Assembly (NCBI GenBank): GCA_053919585.1
Contig: CM132799.1
Length of the DNA: 64,000 nt
DNA from: Euprymna scolopes
Lineage: Eukaryota
Direction: 5' to 3' (one strand)
Of this stretch, positions 38,201-51,724 are shown in pieces. Position numbers and translations under genes: made by a program. Under the pieces are notes generated by a model. That model had not been told where the DNA came from, ran no database searches, and was given only the letters and a program-made list of their open reading frames with translations. Each line of letters begins with the position of its first letter. The stretch's first letter is position 1.

Positions 38201-40752
38201 GAAACTGCTGAATTTTATATGTTCAAATTCCAGAAGTGGACCAGGTAAGGCATAGGAGTAACATTAGATATAGTATAAGGAGTGATTAAAAACTACTAGT
38301 AACCGTTGCATGTGTTATATTGGCCTTGCAAAAATAGGTTGAATGCAATTCTTATCGGTTCATCATAAAAAAGTTTTCAAGTTATCAAGTTATTCTTTTA
38401 TTTATTTAATGCATAATAACTTTTATATATTAAATGCTCAATTTCAAAATTTGAAACATTTGCATATTATACCTGTGTCTAACTGTTAGAGTATGTAGAA
38501 TAGATAAAATAAATATAAAACCACACACATGTTGAAATGTTAAATGGGTTAATTCTTTGGCATTATATTGACTACCAAATTATGTATATTGCTTCTGACA
38601 TAACGCCCCATAACGTAGAAGATAAGAAAACGGTTTCACACACATGTAAGGAAATTACTTGCTCCTTAGAGGAAATATTCTGTCTGTAGTTGAATAGGGG
38701 CATCAATTTATGATGGCAATCAATGTTGCAAGGACTAAGCATTATCTTTTTAATATTTCCGCCTTCTCTAGGGCTGACAGCTATATCTTGTGATGCACTA
38801 CTTAGAAATATCTTAATTCGCATACCTCGACTTAATGTTCAGAGGAAACAAAATTGACAGAGAAACAATAAGGACATTGCAGAGGTTTTTGTGCGGAAGA
38901 GGAGTTATTTCTACCGTGCTAGGGATCACTGAGGTGTGACAATATTTTCTTTCTACAAGGCAACTATTGGCATGAAGTAGTGTCGTCACATTTGACCTGA
39001 TGAATCTACTACTGGTTTCTAATTTCGTAGCAGGATAAAAAAGAGTCCTACAATGTAAACAAAATCCACCTCTGCCCCCCTGTGCTCCTTGTACATATAT
39101 AACAATCGAAAGTGCTCAAATAAACAAAAATCCCGTGTGGAATCTTTTTTACATAAATACTTCCGAACACGCCTCACAAGTAGTAAATCATATACACTGT
39201 AGAATTTCGTAGACGCCGGAAACACTTCGATTCATTTTCCCTTTGAACTACTAACCTTATGAATTTTCGAATATATCCCTGTTTTCCTGAGTGTACTGAT
39301 AATTTAATGTGAACAGACATATTACTGCTATACTTTTAGCTATTATCCTATCAAGTTCTGTCCCAAACTGTAGACCCGTACATAAAGTGGCACTGTATGT
39401 TTTATGAGGAAATTAAAAAGCAGTAGTAAATTCAATTAAGTTTCCGTATTTTGCACACAGGAAACAACAACCTTGCGAGTTACCCTAGAACTCCATGTTC
39501 CGGGAGGCAACCTTCTATTGCTTAGTATTAAACATGTATTAAGCATGAAATTAACGACGTAGCCAATCTGAAATTTACATTTCCTTGGGAACCGAAACCC
39601 TGCATGTGACAGCATGATGGTTGAACCGTAATCTACTTACTTTAAACAACTAATAGTACACGCTGCCGGATTGATCGAATGACATTTCTTAATCTGAATA
39701 ATAACAGTAAAAAAAACATTACTCGTTACTATTGAAATAAAAATTGGAGGAAAATAAGATAAAAGTAGGGGAAAACTGTCTGTCTCTTTGTCCAATAAGC
39801 TGTGTTTAAAAATACATATAACACTGCGAAGAATATAAATTTATTGCAAGTAGTAAATGATGTGCAATTAGTGCAAAGAAAAATAAATACTATATCCTGA
39901 AAGAAATATGTGAACATGTATAAGATATTTTTGTTTCTTTTGCCTATTAGGACTGATACTTGAACGGAAATCTGAATTGTGTTAATTAAAAAGAAAACTC
40001 AGTTACGTAGATTGTATTGTTAGTGCAATGCTTCCTAGCGCACTGCATTAAATAATCATAGCATGTACGCTGTATAGATGCCTATTTATATAATTCTCAC
40101 TTTATATATAAATATATATCGCGATTCAATTCTGGAAGCTTTTATAGAATTAAATACAAACTTATTGTATCCTCTTTCGTATAAATTGACTTAGTGTTTT
40201 ATCTATTTCCCTCGGGCAATAGTAATAAAATAGTAATTCATATTTGTTTTAAAGCAATTAGATTTTTATATTTTGTTTCATAATGAATTTTCTTCAACAC
40301 AGAATACTTATAAATGTACTTGATTTTTCTGGGCGTGCTTTAAGTGTCATTGCGCTTATCATTTTGCGAAGTACATTAGAATTTTTACTTTATTCTATTT
40401 TGTTATTTATTTTCCGACATATATATTTTATATTAATTGTTTCAAGTCAATTTGTGTAAACAAAAAAAAATCATTTATCTTTCTGTTTTTTATTTGTCAA
40501 AAAATTTTGAATTTTAATTGAAAAGACTGCGTTTTGAACGATGTATTATGCATATGCAAACAATTTCTCTTATATTAATTTCAAATGTATTATTTATAAT
40601 AGTAATCGAATTAATTTACTATANNNNNNNNNNNNNNNNNNNNNNNNNNNNNNNNNNNNNNNNNNNNNNNNNNNNNNNNNNNNNNNNNNNNNNNNNNNNN
40701 NNNNNNNNNNNNNNNNNNNNNNNNNNNNNNNNNNNNNNNNNNNNNNNNNNNN

Positions 40753-42008
40753 TAATAAGTAATGCCCCTGACCCACTTCCAGGTGTCTGATCTAGATGTA
40801 ATTTTGCCTGTGCAGTGATATATATCATTACGCATGAGGTGGCAAATTACAGCTCTGATCTACTTGTGGTTTCTGTTTTATGGGTGTTTGAACTTAGACA
40901 GGTGTGAAATGCAACCTGTTGAATGTCGAGCAATGATCAGGTTTTTGTATTTGAAAGGATGCACACCACAGGAGACGTTTGTTGAAATGAAAGAAACTGG
41001 TGGTGATAATACCCTATCATATGCCCTTATAAAACGCTGACATCGTGAATTAAAACATGACCGGAACTCTGTGAAAACAGCTCCCAGACCTGGTCGCCGC
41101 CCTTCTTCTATTGATGAGGCATCCGTCCGTAGAGTTGAGGTTGCCATTTTGGAAGATCGGCGCAGTACTATTCGCCAAATGTCGCAAGATGTCAAGATTA
41201 GTACAGGGTCTATGGAAACTATAATTCATGACCAATTACATATGCCCAAGGTGTCTGCCAGATTGATTCCAAGGTTGGCCACCCCATCCAAGAAGCGAAA
41301 ACGCGCCAAGTACTCGAGGATGAATTTGGAGATGTGCCAAAAAGATGAGTCAAAGTTTTTCAAAAGACTGATTACACAGGAGGAAACCACTATGATCCAG
41401 TGACCAAAGTCCAGTCAAATGCAGTGGAAGCACTTGGACTCACTACCTCCAAAAATGGCAAGGGTTCATCCCTCCGCTGGCAAGGTCATGCTCACAGTCT
41501 TCTGGGACCAGGACAGAGTAGTGATAACAAATTTCCTGGCAAATGGTACCACAGTTACAGAAGTTCGTTATGCTTCATTTTGGGGGAAATTAAGGGAAGC
41601 TATCAAAATTAAGAGGTGGGGCAAGATCAGCAAAGGTACCCTCCTCCTGCAGGGCAACACCCCGGTCCACAACTCGCATGTTGTCTGATCAGATGGCCGG
41701 GCGTGTGGTTATTATATCCTTCCCCATTCTCCCTATCCTCTTGACCTTGAACTCTCTGGCATTCACCTCTTCCCAGGCATGAAGTTGTTTTTGAAAGGAA
41801 ATCGTTTCCCAGATGATGCAGCCTTGATGTCTGAAGTGACGTCGTGGTTGGAGGACCAACCTGGGGTGTTCTACAATAACGGTCTCCACAGCTGCATCAG
41901 ACGATGGGAGAAATGCATAATATGGGTGGTTCTTATATAGAGAAAGTTTCGTTGCTCAACTGCTATGGGAAGTGGGTAAGGGGCATTACTTATTGCACAC
42001 CCCTCGTA
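40753..42008 (+). mobile_element. Near full-length decayed mariner (DD34D) transposon
   Basis: Left TIR (cut by the gap) aataagtaatgcccctgacccacttcc; right TIR ggaagtgggtaaggggcattacttattgcacacccctcg followed by TA; transposase motifs ITQEET, SAGKVMLTVFWD, LLQGNTPVH, HSPYPLDL..HLF. Confidence 0.95.
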
Positions 42009-42959
42009 TATGCATACAAATATTTTTTCAAATATAAATATAAATATTTCAAAGGCGTGTCAGAGCTATTATTTCGTTGAAGCAACCATAAAAGGGTGAA
42101 TGGAATACACGCACATTCAATACCGACTTTGGAAAGACAAAAAACGCGAAGTAAACAAAGAAAAACATTTAAAAATAGTGTGTGTGTATGAATGCGTGTG
42201 TCCATGTGTGTTCGGGAACGCCTATTTAACGGTGTTTTTCTCCGTTTACTTCGCGCTGTTTCCCCTTTTCAAATTCGTTGATAAATTTGCATTGATTCCA
42301 TTCAGGCTTTTATGACTGATTGAACGTAATGAAACCACTGGTTCGCCTTTAAATATATATTTTTATCTTCAGCGTTTTCATCCGCGATTGAGAACNNNNN
42401 NNNNNNNNNNNNNNNNNNNNNNNNNNNNNNNNNNNNNNNNNNNNNNNNNNNNNNNNNNNNNNNNNNNNNNNNNNNNNNNNNNNNNNNNNNNNNNNNNNNN
42501 NNNNNNNNNNNNNNNNNNNNNNNNNNNNNNNNNNNNNNNNNNAAGACATAACATTTTTTTACCAGATTCAGAAACTTTGCGGTAGTTTCGCATCAAAAGC
42601 TTCGGAAACTTTGCCAATGCTGAGCTGCGCGTGCTGGTAAACGTTCGTACTGTTCCGCGCAGTGTAAACAACTTTTATCATGAAACGCAAATGTACATCT
42701 GATACATTTACGGAATCTATCCCAGTAAGCCATAAAGCATCGATATACTGTACAATTGCGAGGTAATATTATTATATGTTTTTTAACCTTGATTAAGGCA
42801 ACTGTAAATCGGAAGATCCTAGTGGAAGCAGAACGGTGGATAAAAATAGTTTACGGCAAGTAGTTTAATTAGAGTCTAGTAGACTTGCATACTGATCGTT
42901 AATGTCGAGTTCGTGAACAATCTAGGTAAAGTCATAGGCAATTTAAAAATGAGAAGAGG

Positions 42960-43420
42960 ACAAAATGAAAACGGATGTTCCAAAGTTTTGTTTACGGATG
43001 AAGTGCGTCTAACTCCTGAAGGGCCAGGTGGATGGGCCAAGGCGTGGGTCCGAGATAGACGACATCGTCATCAGCGTTTAAGGCGCCAACAAGGTCGTGA
43101 TAGCATAAGGATTTGGGTTGGTATTGTCGGAGGTATTTTAGTTGGCCCCCGGAGAATCCCAGAAGGCGTATAAATGACGCCAAATGCTTACATAGCTTTT
43201 CTGAATGAGCAATTTGAACCATGGCTAAAGAAGCAAAGGTTGACATTCAGAAGAACCATTATTTTTATGCATGATAATACTCCATCGCATGAAACAAACA
43301 AAAGAAAACCGCATGTGCAACAACTTGGATCCCCTGGGAGAATAGAGTAGTCTCAAAATTCACCAGATTGTAACCCAATTGAGAACATTTGGAGTATTAT
43401 GTAGCGATTCCCAGCAGACA
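42960..43420 (+). mobile_element. Degenerate Tc1-like transposase fragment (resembles the DD37E/TRT family)
   Basis: VLFTDEVRLTPEGPGGWAKAWV..RRQQG..IWVGIVGGILVGP..IIFMHDNTPSH..NSPDCNPIENIW. Confidence 0.8.
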
Positions 43421-43991
43421 TTGACGCCAATTGAAGAAACAATATGAGTTGTGGGATGCTCTCCAAGAGGTATCGCGAGGAATAAGTTGACGAAAATAAA
43501 AATTTTGCCAAAATTATAGTAAAAAGGTAAGTAATCAACATATTAGCAAGTGGCAAAATAACGATATGATAGATAAACATTTGTTAAAATAATAATGATA
43601 TTAGCTGAGATTAGTTCGCAGTGAGATTGATATAAAACGCCTATATTTTCTATTTAAATTTAGTTAAAAAATATTCTTCATATATTCAGTCATGTATATG
43701 CGAGCGACTTCGTAACAATTAAAGCATTAGTATATTGCCTTCAAAAAGGCGCCTTTGTAAATTAATTATTAACTTCTTATGAATTCCTTATAAACAATCG
43801 GTTTGATTCAACTATTTACATAAGTCTGTTATTGCATAGTTGCTATACTGTGTATATTTGCGTTGAATGTAGGATAAGGACTACTAGCAGACTGGTATTG
43901 ATTCTCTGTCTCTTTGTCTTTATTTCTCTATTTATTAACATATATCTATCTATGTATATATGTATATATATCTCTCCCTCTGTCTCTCTTA

Positions 43992-44025
<34 letters not shown>

Positions 44026-44342
44026 TCTCTAAATTACTAAAATATACATTCTATTCGTGCTGTATTAATATATATTAATAGTAACTCCATATTTACACGC
44101 AAATATAGTTAAATAAATGTCCGAGACAAGTATATATACGAATATGATTATTGTTAATAGTATATTTGTTTCTTTGTATGTTTTTTACATATTTTCATAC
44201 CTTACCTCATTTTAACCCACCCCCTGTATTGTACATTACAAATAGTCGTTTTATACACGTACGCACTCAGTTACACATATACATATGGGTATGCACACCC
44301 ACGCGTATACGCACACACACACGCACCCACACATATATGTGC

Positions 44343-44393
<51 letters not shown>

Positions 44394-45539
44394 TGTGTGT
44401 GTGTATAGGCGCAGCAGTTTTAACATATGCGATTTACATGAGATTCCTAAGAATAAGTGTTATTCACTGATTGAACAACTGTCATGGCAGCTGTTTACGG
44501 ACGTCATGTTTTGCGGGCTTCATTAGTTGACCTTCTTTTTCCTGTCTTATAACGAGACACACAAAAAAAATCGAAAAAAAAAATCTTGCTTTCTTTCTCT
44601 CTCCCAGGAAGATATTATTAAAGTAATTCTTATTCATTTAAATTGCTACTGGAACGAAATATTAACAACGGATGGGTATTTTTTCTCTGCGAGACATTTT
44701 TCTACATTTATGAATTTCCTTTGAAAGACTTGATTGCCACGTGCCTCTCTTTAATTTGCATGTCTGTTTTCTTTTTCTCTTTTTTATTACCACATCAGTC
44801 TGGAGACATTATTGTTGTGTTATTTAGTATATCCGTTTTTTTTTCTGGCCTACGCTTCTTTCACCTTTCCCTATTTCTCTTGTAATTCTTGCAATTTGTT
44901 CTCTGTAGTCTCATTATTAGTATTTCTCTTTTTAAGCGTTTTTTTCCTTCCTTCATTTATTTTCTTGCGATGTTCTCTTGGACATTTCTACCACGAACAT
45001 TCTTCCGTATAATTATATTTCCCCTCATATTTACTTAAGCTGAGTTATTTTCTTTACGTACTAATCCTTATTTCTTCGTTTGGAATTGTGTAGTCAGATA
45101 TTCTTTTACAGCGGAGAACTTTTTTTTCCAACGCTTTAATATTATTGCAATTTTCACTCTCAAAAACTTGTCGCGTAGAGAGGATTCTGTCCTTTTTCTT
45201 AGTTGATGTTTTTAGGCAGTTCTAAGAAAGTAATATTGATTTATTTTTTTGGTCGGGAAGAGATAATTTCGGTTGTAAAATTTCTTGTCACAGATGTTTC
45301 TAAAACAATGTACATCAGTTACTATGTTATGCAATCTATTCATTGTTCTCCATATTAATGCCAATAAAAGTAGTGTACATTCTGTTATAGAAAACGTAAG
45401 AAAGCGAATAACCGGTATAACTTTAGATAATGTGTCATATATTTTAATAAGTAAAGACTATAAAATTGTCGCAATAGAAAAGAAGTCATGATTCCATTAC
45501 CGTTTTAACACTGGTTTTCTATTTTTGGAGACTATCTAG

Positions 45540-46210
45540 TAGTTGGTACGTTTTGTACAAATGCCAAAAACGATAAAAGTGGTCTATCCTGTTTGAAAGG
45601 GACACAATGTTATACGAGCGTAATCGGAGATGTGCTGTTGTAAAACTCATGCTTTCCTCCGGTCACAATTATAAAAATAACACCATTGTCAGCACCCTGA
45701 AAATGCAAAGCCGACCGGTTCAATGCTTGAGCGCACTGCTCAATACATTTTCCTGAAACCGTTAGCATCTTCGGTGTGCTTTTGAGGGAAACACTATGCT
45801 ACCTCACATCTTCAACACCAGCTTGAAATTCAACACAAAATGCACCTGGACGTGCTAAAGAATGTGTTGATTCCATGGTGCCAATAGGTGGCTTCTAGCC
45901 GAATCTTAGTATGGCGACAGGACTCGGCGCCGGCGGACGAGTCCAAAGAAACTCAGGATTGTCTTCAGAAGGAGTGTTACGAATTTGTCCCCTTATCTCA
46001 CCGTCCCCACTTCTCCGACCTGACCTCGCTGGACTACTTTGGTTAGTCATATACCGGGAAAATTACCAACATCACCTCCCACAATTCCAAAGCGAGCCTG
46101 ATTACTGCCAACCGCCGATGATGCTCCCAGCTCCCGCCAAGCTTTGTGCAAAAAGCATGTTCCAAGTTCCAAACCCGTGTCGACGCTGAAGGCTGTTACA
46201 TTGACAGATG
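45540..46210 (+). mobile_element. Degenerate maT (DD37D-like) transposase fragment
   Basis: LDVLKNVLIPW..VWRQDSAPADESKETQDCLQKECYEFVPLSHRPHFSDLTSLDYF (36 residues between the two Ds as read). Confidence 0.75.
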
Positions 46211-46387
46211 TCAGTTCTACTATACTATCAAGCTACTGAACTTCTTATTTAAATACATATTTTTTAATTAATTGTAGTGTTGTTTTCTTTATAGCAACAA
46301 ATTCATCGTCTTAAGATGTATGGGTTAAATTAATATTAAAAATGCACAGAATAAATATTTTTGATATTATATTATATTATATTATAT

Positions 46388-46427
<40 letters not shown>

Positions 46428-46499
46428 TTTAATGAAGTTTGCAAATTATACTTTTGCAACGCTATTTATATATTTACTTCATATGTTTCCACTCGTCGT

Positions 46500-46950
46500 T
46501 GTCATAATATTAGTTTATTTATTGCGGACTATTTACCTGATCTTTTTTAGTTGATGTTTCACGAAGTTTCGGCCAACTATTCCTATGTCCTTCGTCAGGG
46601 GGTAACGGCGATTGGATAGGAATTCAGATTCTCTTAACTGTCATCGCCATCCATAGTTGTTGTCGTCTTGCCAAATTTTGCCAAATTAAGCCCTTGGTAG
46701 GATTGAAACCGCTATCTGCAGATAATCCTCACCTGGAATCGAGGAAATGCTACGTTTCTATCCACTGCGCCAGGGGACCCGAAGGGTTATAAGGGTTGGA
46801 TTTTTTGGTCTTATAAATCCATGTTTATTTATTATCTGATCTTCCATAGTCGGAGCCGTATCGAAAGGTATATACATTATTATATTGGAATTCATTATTG
46901 AGATGGGTATTATTTATTTATTCATTTATTGTGGACTATTCTTGATCAAA
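46500..46950 (-). mobile_element. Solo PLE pLTR-like / retrozyme unit with tRNA-like head and degenerate hammerhead
   Basis: Minus strand A-box TGGCGCAGTGG (46762-46772), B-box GGTTTCAATCC (46700-46710), HHR CTGACGA-A-GGACA..TGGCC-GAAAC-TTC-GTG (46559-46601); partial direct repeat atttattg(c/t)ggactatt..tgatc at both ends. Confidence 0.7.
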
Positions 46951-48210
46951 AATGTATTCCAATTGAAAATTATATATGAATATACTATTTTTAAAGTTAT
47001 TTGTTCTATGTGTTGTTAATCACAGTTTATATGTGTACCAATATTCCTCACGATATTGAAAACGATCCAATATATTGCGAAAAATGATGTTTCTAATTTA
47101 AAGAGTGACAGACATAGAATTATATATTAGCACAATTACAATATAAATCGTTTAGGATCCCAATGAATACAGATCCAATAATCTAGAATATTTATTTGCT
47201 ATGTATAAGGTTTTTATTATTAACGTATATATTAAATAAATATTTAATTAAGTAAACTTTCTAGGTTATTATTAATTGGAAAATTTACAGGTTAATATCA
47301 TAGACACGAAACCTCGGGATCGGAGGACGCATTAGTTTTTTTTGTCAGGTTTTGGTGTGGAATACGATGTTTTTCCCCTTACAATGTAATTTATAATTTT
47401 GATTGATTATTTATCCATATATCATATACTGTACTGTATTTTGTAACACATTTTAATATGTACTGTGTCAATTTTTCAATAGGCCCAGCCATACGACGAT
47501 TTTACCTTACAACTCCAACCGCGAGACGCATAAATACCATACTCCGTGGTTCTACTATATATGTAAATACAAGCAATAAGAGAAGAAATCAGGCTCCGTT
47601 ACGATAAAAATTACTATATCGTTTAAGCCATATCCTACACAATTCTTTTGGAATACAGTTTAATCAAGAGAGCGTATAAGTAACATTAAAAGTACTTTTT
47701 CTTAGGGAAGTCGTAGAAATAAATATGTAAAACAGCAGCAAGAAACAAATTTGAAATTACAAACGTTTAGGCAAATAACACGGGCAGGTAATACACGTAC
47801 ATAATATAATTTTTAAGTAACAATAAAAACGAAGTGTATAAAATCACATTCGTTTTATTTGCAATTCTGTATTGTTGTTACAGACTCGCAAGATCAAGTT
47901 TAGAAATTATTTATATATATATTTACTATTTTACAAAACGATTGCTAATGCATTGTGTAGTCTAGCCTAAACAAAATAATGTAAACGGATCCAACGATAT
48001 AAATAAGAAAAATGTAGTGAGTATAGATTATTTCAGTAAATTGGCTAACGATGCAACCTTCAATTTTCTGTTTATGTATAGTAGCAATCTATTAAATTAC
48101 CTGTTTAAGCAATCGAGTGAATAACAATTAACTATAGATTGATGAAGTGATTTCCATCAGAAATCGTGAAAGATTATCCGACGCAAATTAATAGGCAATC
48201 TTTAATGTCG

Positions 48211-48288
<78 letters not shown>

Positions 48289-48334
48289 CAATTAGGAAGG
48301 GGAAACTTTTATGATTAATGATTAAAAGTAAATT

Positions 48335-48388
<54 letters not shown>

Positions 48389-48949
48389 TATATATTCCTT
48401 TAATCTTCTCTCCAGAAAGTGGGGAGGGGGGAACAGGAGTAAAGACAGATAAATGGGGAGCAAGCTGACCGGTTTCGACCCTCGCTTCTCAAAGCTGTAT
48501 CGAGGGAATTTTTAAAACAAAGAATGAAAAAGCGATTAAAATTGCGTTTTATTCAATTTACGGGGAGAAGAAAAAAGTGGCAACACAATTAAAATAAAAC
48601 AGCGTTATGGTCGAATAACTTAGAGATTAATCACATTCAAACCCAGCAGGCATTCCTTTGCTTGCAAAGGTTTTCTAAGCCGAACGTGAATAGTCTATAT
48701 AGAAAATTATAAGTACACCTTTGGTGAATTTGGGGAGGTGATATTTAATAAACATGCAGAATCATGTTGTAATTACCGCTTTGAACAATTCAGTAGTCCT
48801 TTTTCCGCACTGTTCCAGGGGAAAATAAAATATATTTCCCCATACTGTATCTCTGATGTTATATTATGGCATCTCAATCAGCCTTATAGTACCTTGCTGT
48901 TTTTAGCAATGGTTATTTAACTTTGTGTCGAGGGTTTAACGTTATTTCT

Positions 48950-49600
48950 ATTATTATGAAATCATGCTCGAAGTTCCAGCGGAGGCAATGGACATGGTTA
49001 CACAAATCTCAGTAACCGTTGGCAAAAATAGGTCCAGGCGTAAACGTTGCTGGTCCAGACGACTTGGGAGACGAGTCGGGAATGTTTCTGTGTAGGGAAT
49101 GGGATATAGAAAGATGGATTGCACTACCAGCTGTGTGTAGTTAGAGAAGATAAGTGTGGTGAAGATTAAATTCACCAAATACGTAGTGTCAAGAGACAGT
49201 GCTACATCAATGCTGTCAGAGATATGATTGAGTAAAGTACATTCCCGGGTAGAAGATGGGCGATAAAGAAAATAAACATAGCTTACGTTATATGGTAAAG
49301 TTAATCTAAAACACATGAAACCCTAGTCATAAATTTCTACTTTCCATTCCTTATTTACTAGGAGAGGGTTACAAATATAGACTACAAGTCTGTGCATATG
49401 TCCGTTGGAGTCATTACAATAAAGTGAAAGATAAACAGAGACGTTTAAGTGGTTAGCATGGGTTGGGAAATACAAGTTAGTTTCACTTGCGCTAAGATAT
49501 CCGTGGGATTTTCTCTTGATTCTAAAATATCTGAGTTTTTTTCTGAGTCCACGGATATTTAAAAATGCGAGTCGTAATAGAGGAGGTGAATCGTTGTTCG
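48950..49600 (-). mobile_element. LINE apurinic endonuclease domain fragment (CR1/L2-group)
   Basis: AFLNIRGLRK..SETNL..HRLVVYI..FMCFRL..FLYRP..FPTRLP..LDLFL. Confidence 0.8.
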
Positions 49601-51654
49601 AGTGTGTGCTTGGTAAAAATGTATGCTTCGTAATGAAATGCATGAGCAATTATTTTTATACAGATGGTATAACTTGTTTTTAACTATTTGGAAACAAAAC
49701 AAATTAATCGTAACAAGCATGCCTCAGGAATATAAAACCATGCTGCGAGTAGTATTTTTGGAATTTTTATATTATTTGTATTTTCTTAGTGTTGTGGCAT
49801 CCTACCACACGTAAAAGGTTTACTCGTTATTAAGAGTAAATATCAAGCAATTTCTCAAAGTATAACCGTATTTTAAACACTATTGCTTGTGCCGCTCTTG
49901 AAATTAGTTTGCTAGATATTTACAATTCGTTTTAGCTTAAAATATGGGTTCCCATCATTAATGAGATTTTAGATATTTCATAAAAATCATGTCATACGAG
50001 AAATGTTACCATTTTTCTTTCTTGGTTCAGTTTATACGAGCATTATTTGTGATATTGACCTAAATGAGAGTTGCTAGTGTTGCTATCTTTTCACGTGCAA
50101 CTATGTCAAGTATAACGTTTTCGTTTTCTATGTATATAGGGGTATGAGTTGAACAGCTGTAATCTATAATGCATGACAGATTCCATACAGTTTTTTCGGC
50201 GCAGGTTCTTAGGAATTGGTGTTTTATCTGATATTAAAATTTTGAACACGTTGATTTTGTTCCATTTTGTCGTATTGATGCTGCCATTGAGGAAATTACA
50301 AATTTATGTGATATTACGGACACTCTTAATTTTGCTGTTTGCAAGTTCTCTGTATGTGATGAAACTCAACATTTTGGAAAACTTACTCATATAAAACATA
50401 TTCTGTATTAAAATTATTTTGTATGCAGTTCAGAATTTACATTAATTTATGTAAATAGATAAAAACACACAATAGCAAAGAGTGAATCTATCATTTGACG
50501 TGCACAGAATTACTTTATACAATCCAGAAAAAAACTTTGTGTAGCAGATGTATTAGACAAATTTATATACAAAATAACAAAGGAGCATGTAATAATTAGC
50601 GTAACCAAATTGGAGTAATGCATATTAAATTGGAATTTAAAAAAGTTATTCATAAATGTGTGATGGTTGGAAAAAAACTTCTAACATATATGAGAATAAC
50701 CGTGGTAAATAGAAGTGCAAGATAAAACTTACAATCGTTTTTATATATAAGTATGGTTAGAAAATCTACATCAGATCTACATCAAACATGAAGTATAGAC
50801 GTGTTAGCAAACACTTAATTTATTATTTCGAACACTTCAAAAATAAGTGTCTAAAAAGTACACATGTACCATTTTTATAGACTTTGAATTATATGTATGC
50901 ATATATATTTATACATATACATCCAAAATGTAATTCTGTTGAACATTAAAACAAATTATTGAAAAATTTGTATCCATATCATTAAATGCTAGATGAAAGA
51001 TAATGTTTTTAAATTGCAACAAAATGTGCATTGCATAAAATAAATAAAGGTAATTTTTATTCAATTTAAATATAATTTTCAAACCTTACTTTGTAAAATT
51101 TATAAAAAAGTGCACTTTGAATATAAATAAATTTAAAATTGAATCTTGTACCCTAATTTTTACAGCCTATAGTAAAAACATTTTGTTTAATATTTTTCGA
51201 GATTGTATGAAATGCTTTTCTACCTTGTATCTTATCTTTTTCAGATTATATTTTTAAACTCTTCTGCTCTCCATTTCAGTTTGTATTTCTCCTCACACCA
51301 CAAATCATTTTTGCCAGACCGTCTTTGTATTATTACAGGTCTGAAGATTCTCTCTGTTCAAGTTTGTATTTCTCCCCGCAACGCAAATCACTTTTTGCAA
51401 CTCTCTCTTTGTAATACAGGTGTGAATAATGAGAAAATCTGATTGTTTTTAACAAAAACATTAAAATACTTTTTTTGAGATATTTTTTTAAAACTTCTTT
51501 CACAATAGCAAATCTTCAAAATTTAATAAGAAACATATTTCATGAAGTTTTCATACACAAATATTCATTACATAACGAGAAAAATACAGATGAACATTTC
51601 AAAAGGATTCTAATACTGGTTAGGGTCAATAGCAGTCCTCGCGAGTGAAAGTCT

Positions 51655-51669
51655 TTGTTATTGTTATTC

Positions 51670-51724
<55 letters not shown>
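51655..51724. repeat. (ATT)n microsatellite
   Basis: Direct trinucleotide run. Confidence 0.95.

Noticed and set aside
32960-39010. Other CTGATGA matches (e.g. ~32980 minus, ~37483, ~38997) as hammerheads
   Set aside because: No stem II/GAAA/stem III arrangement; chance 7-mers
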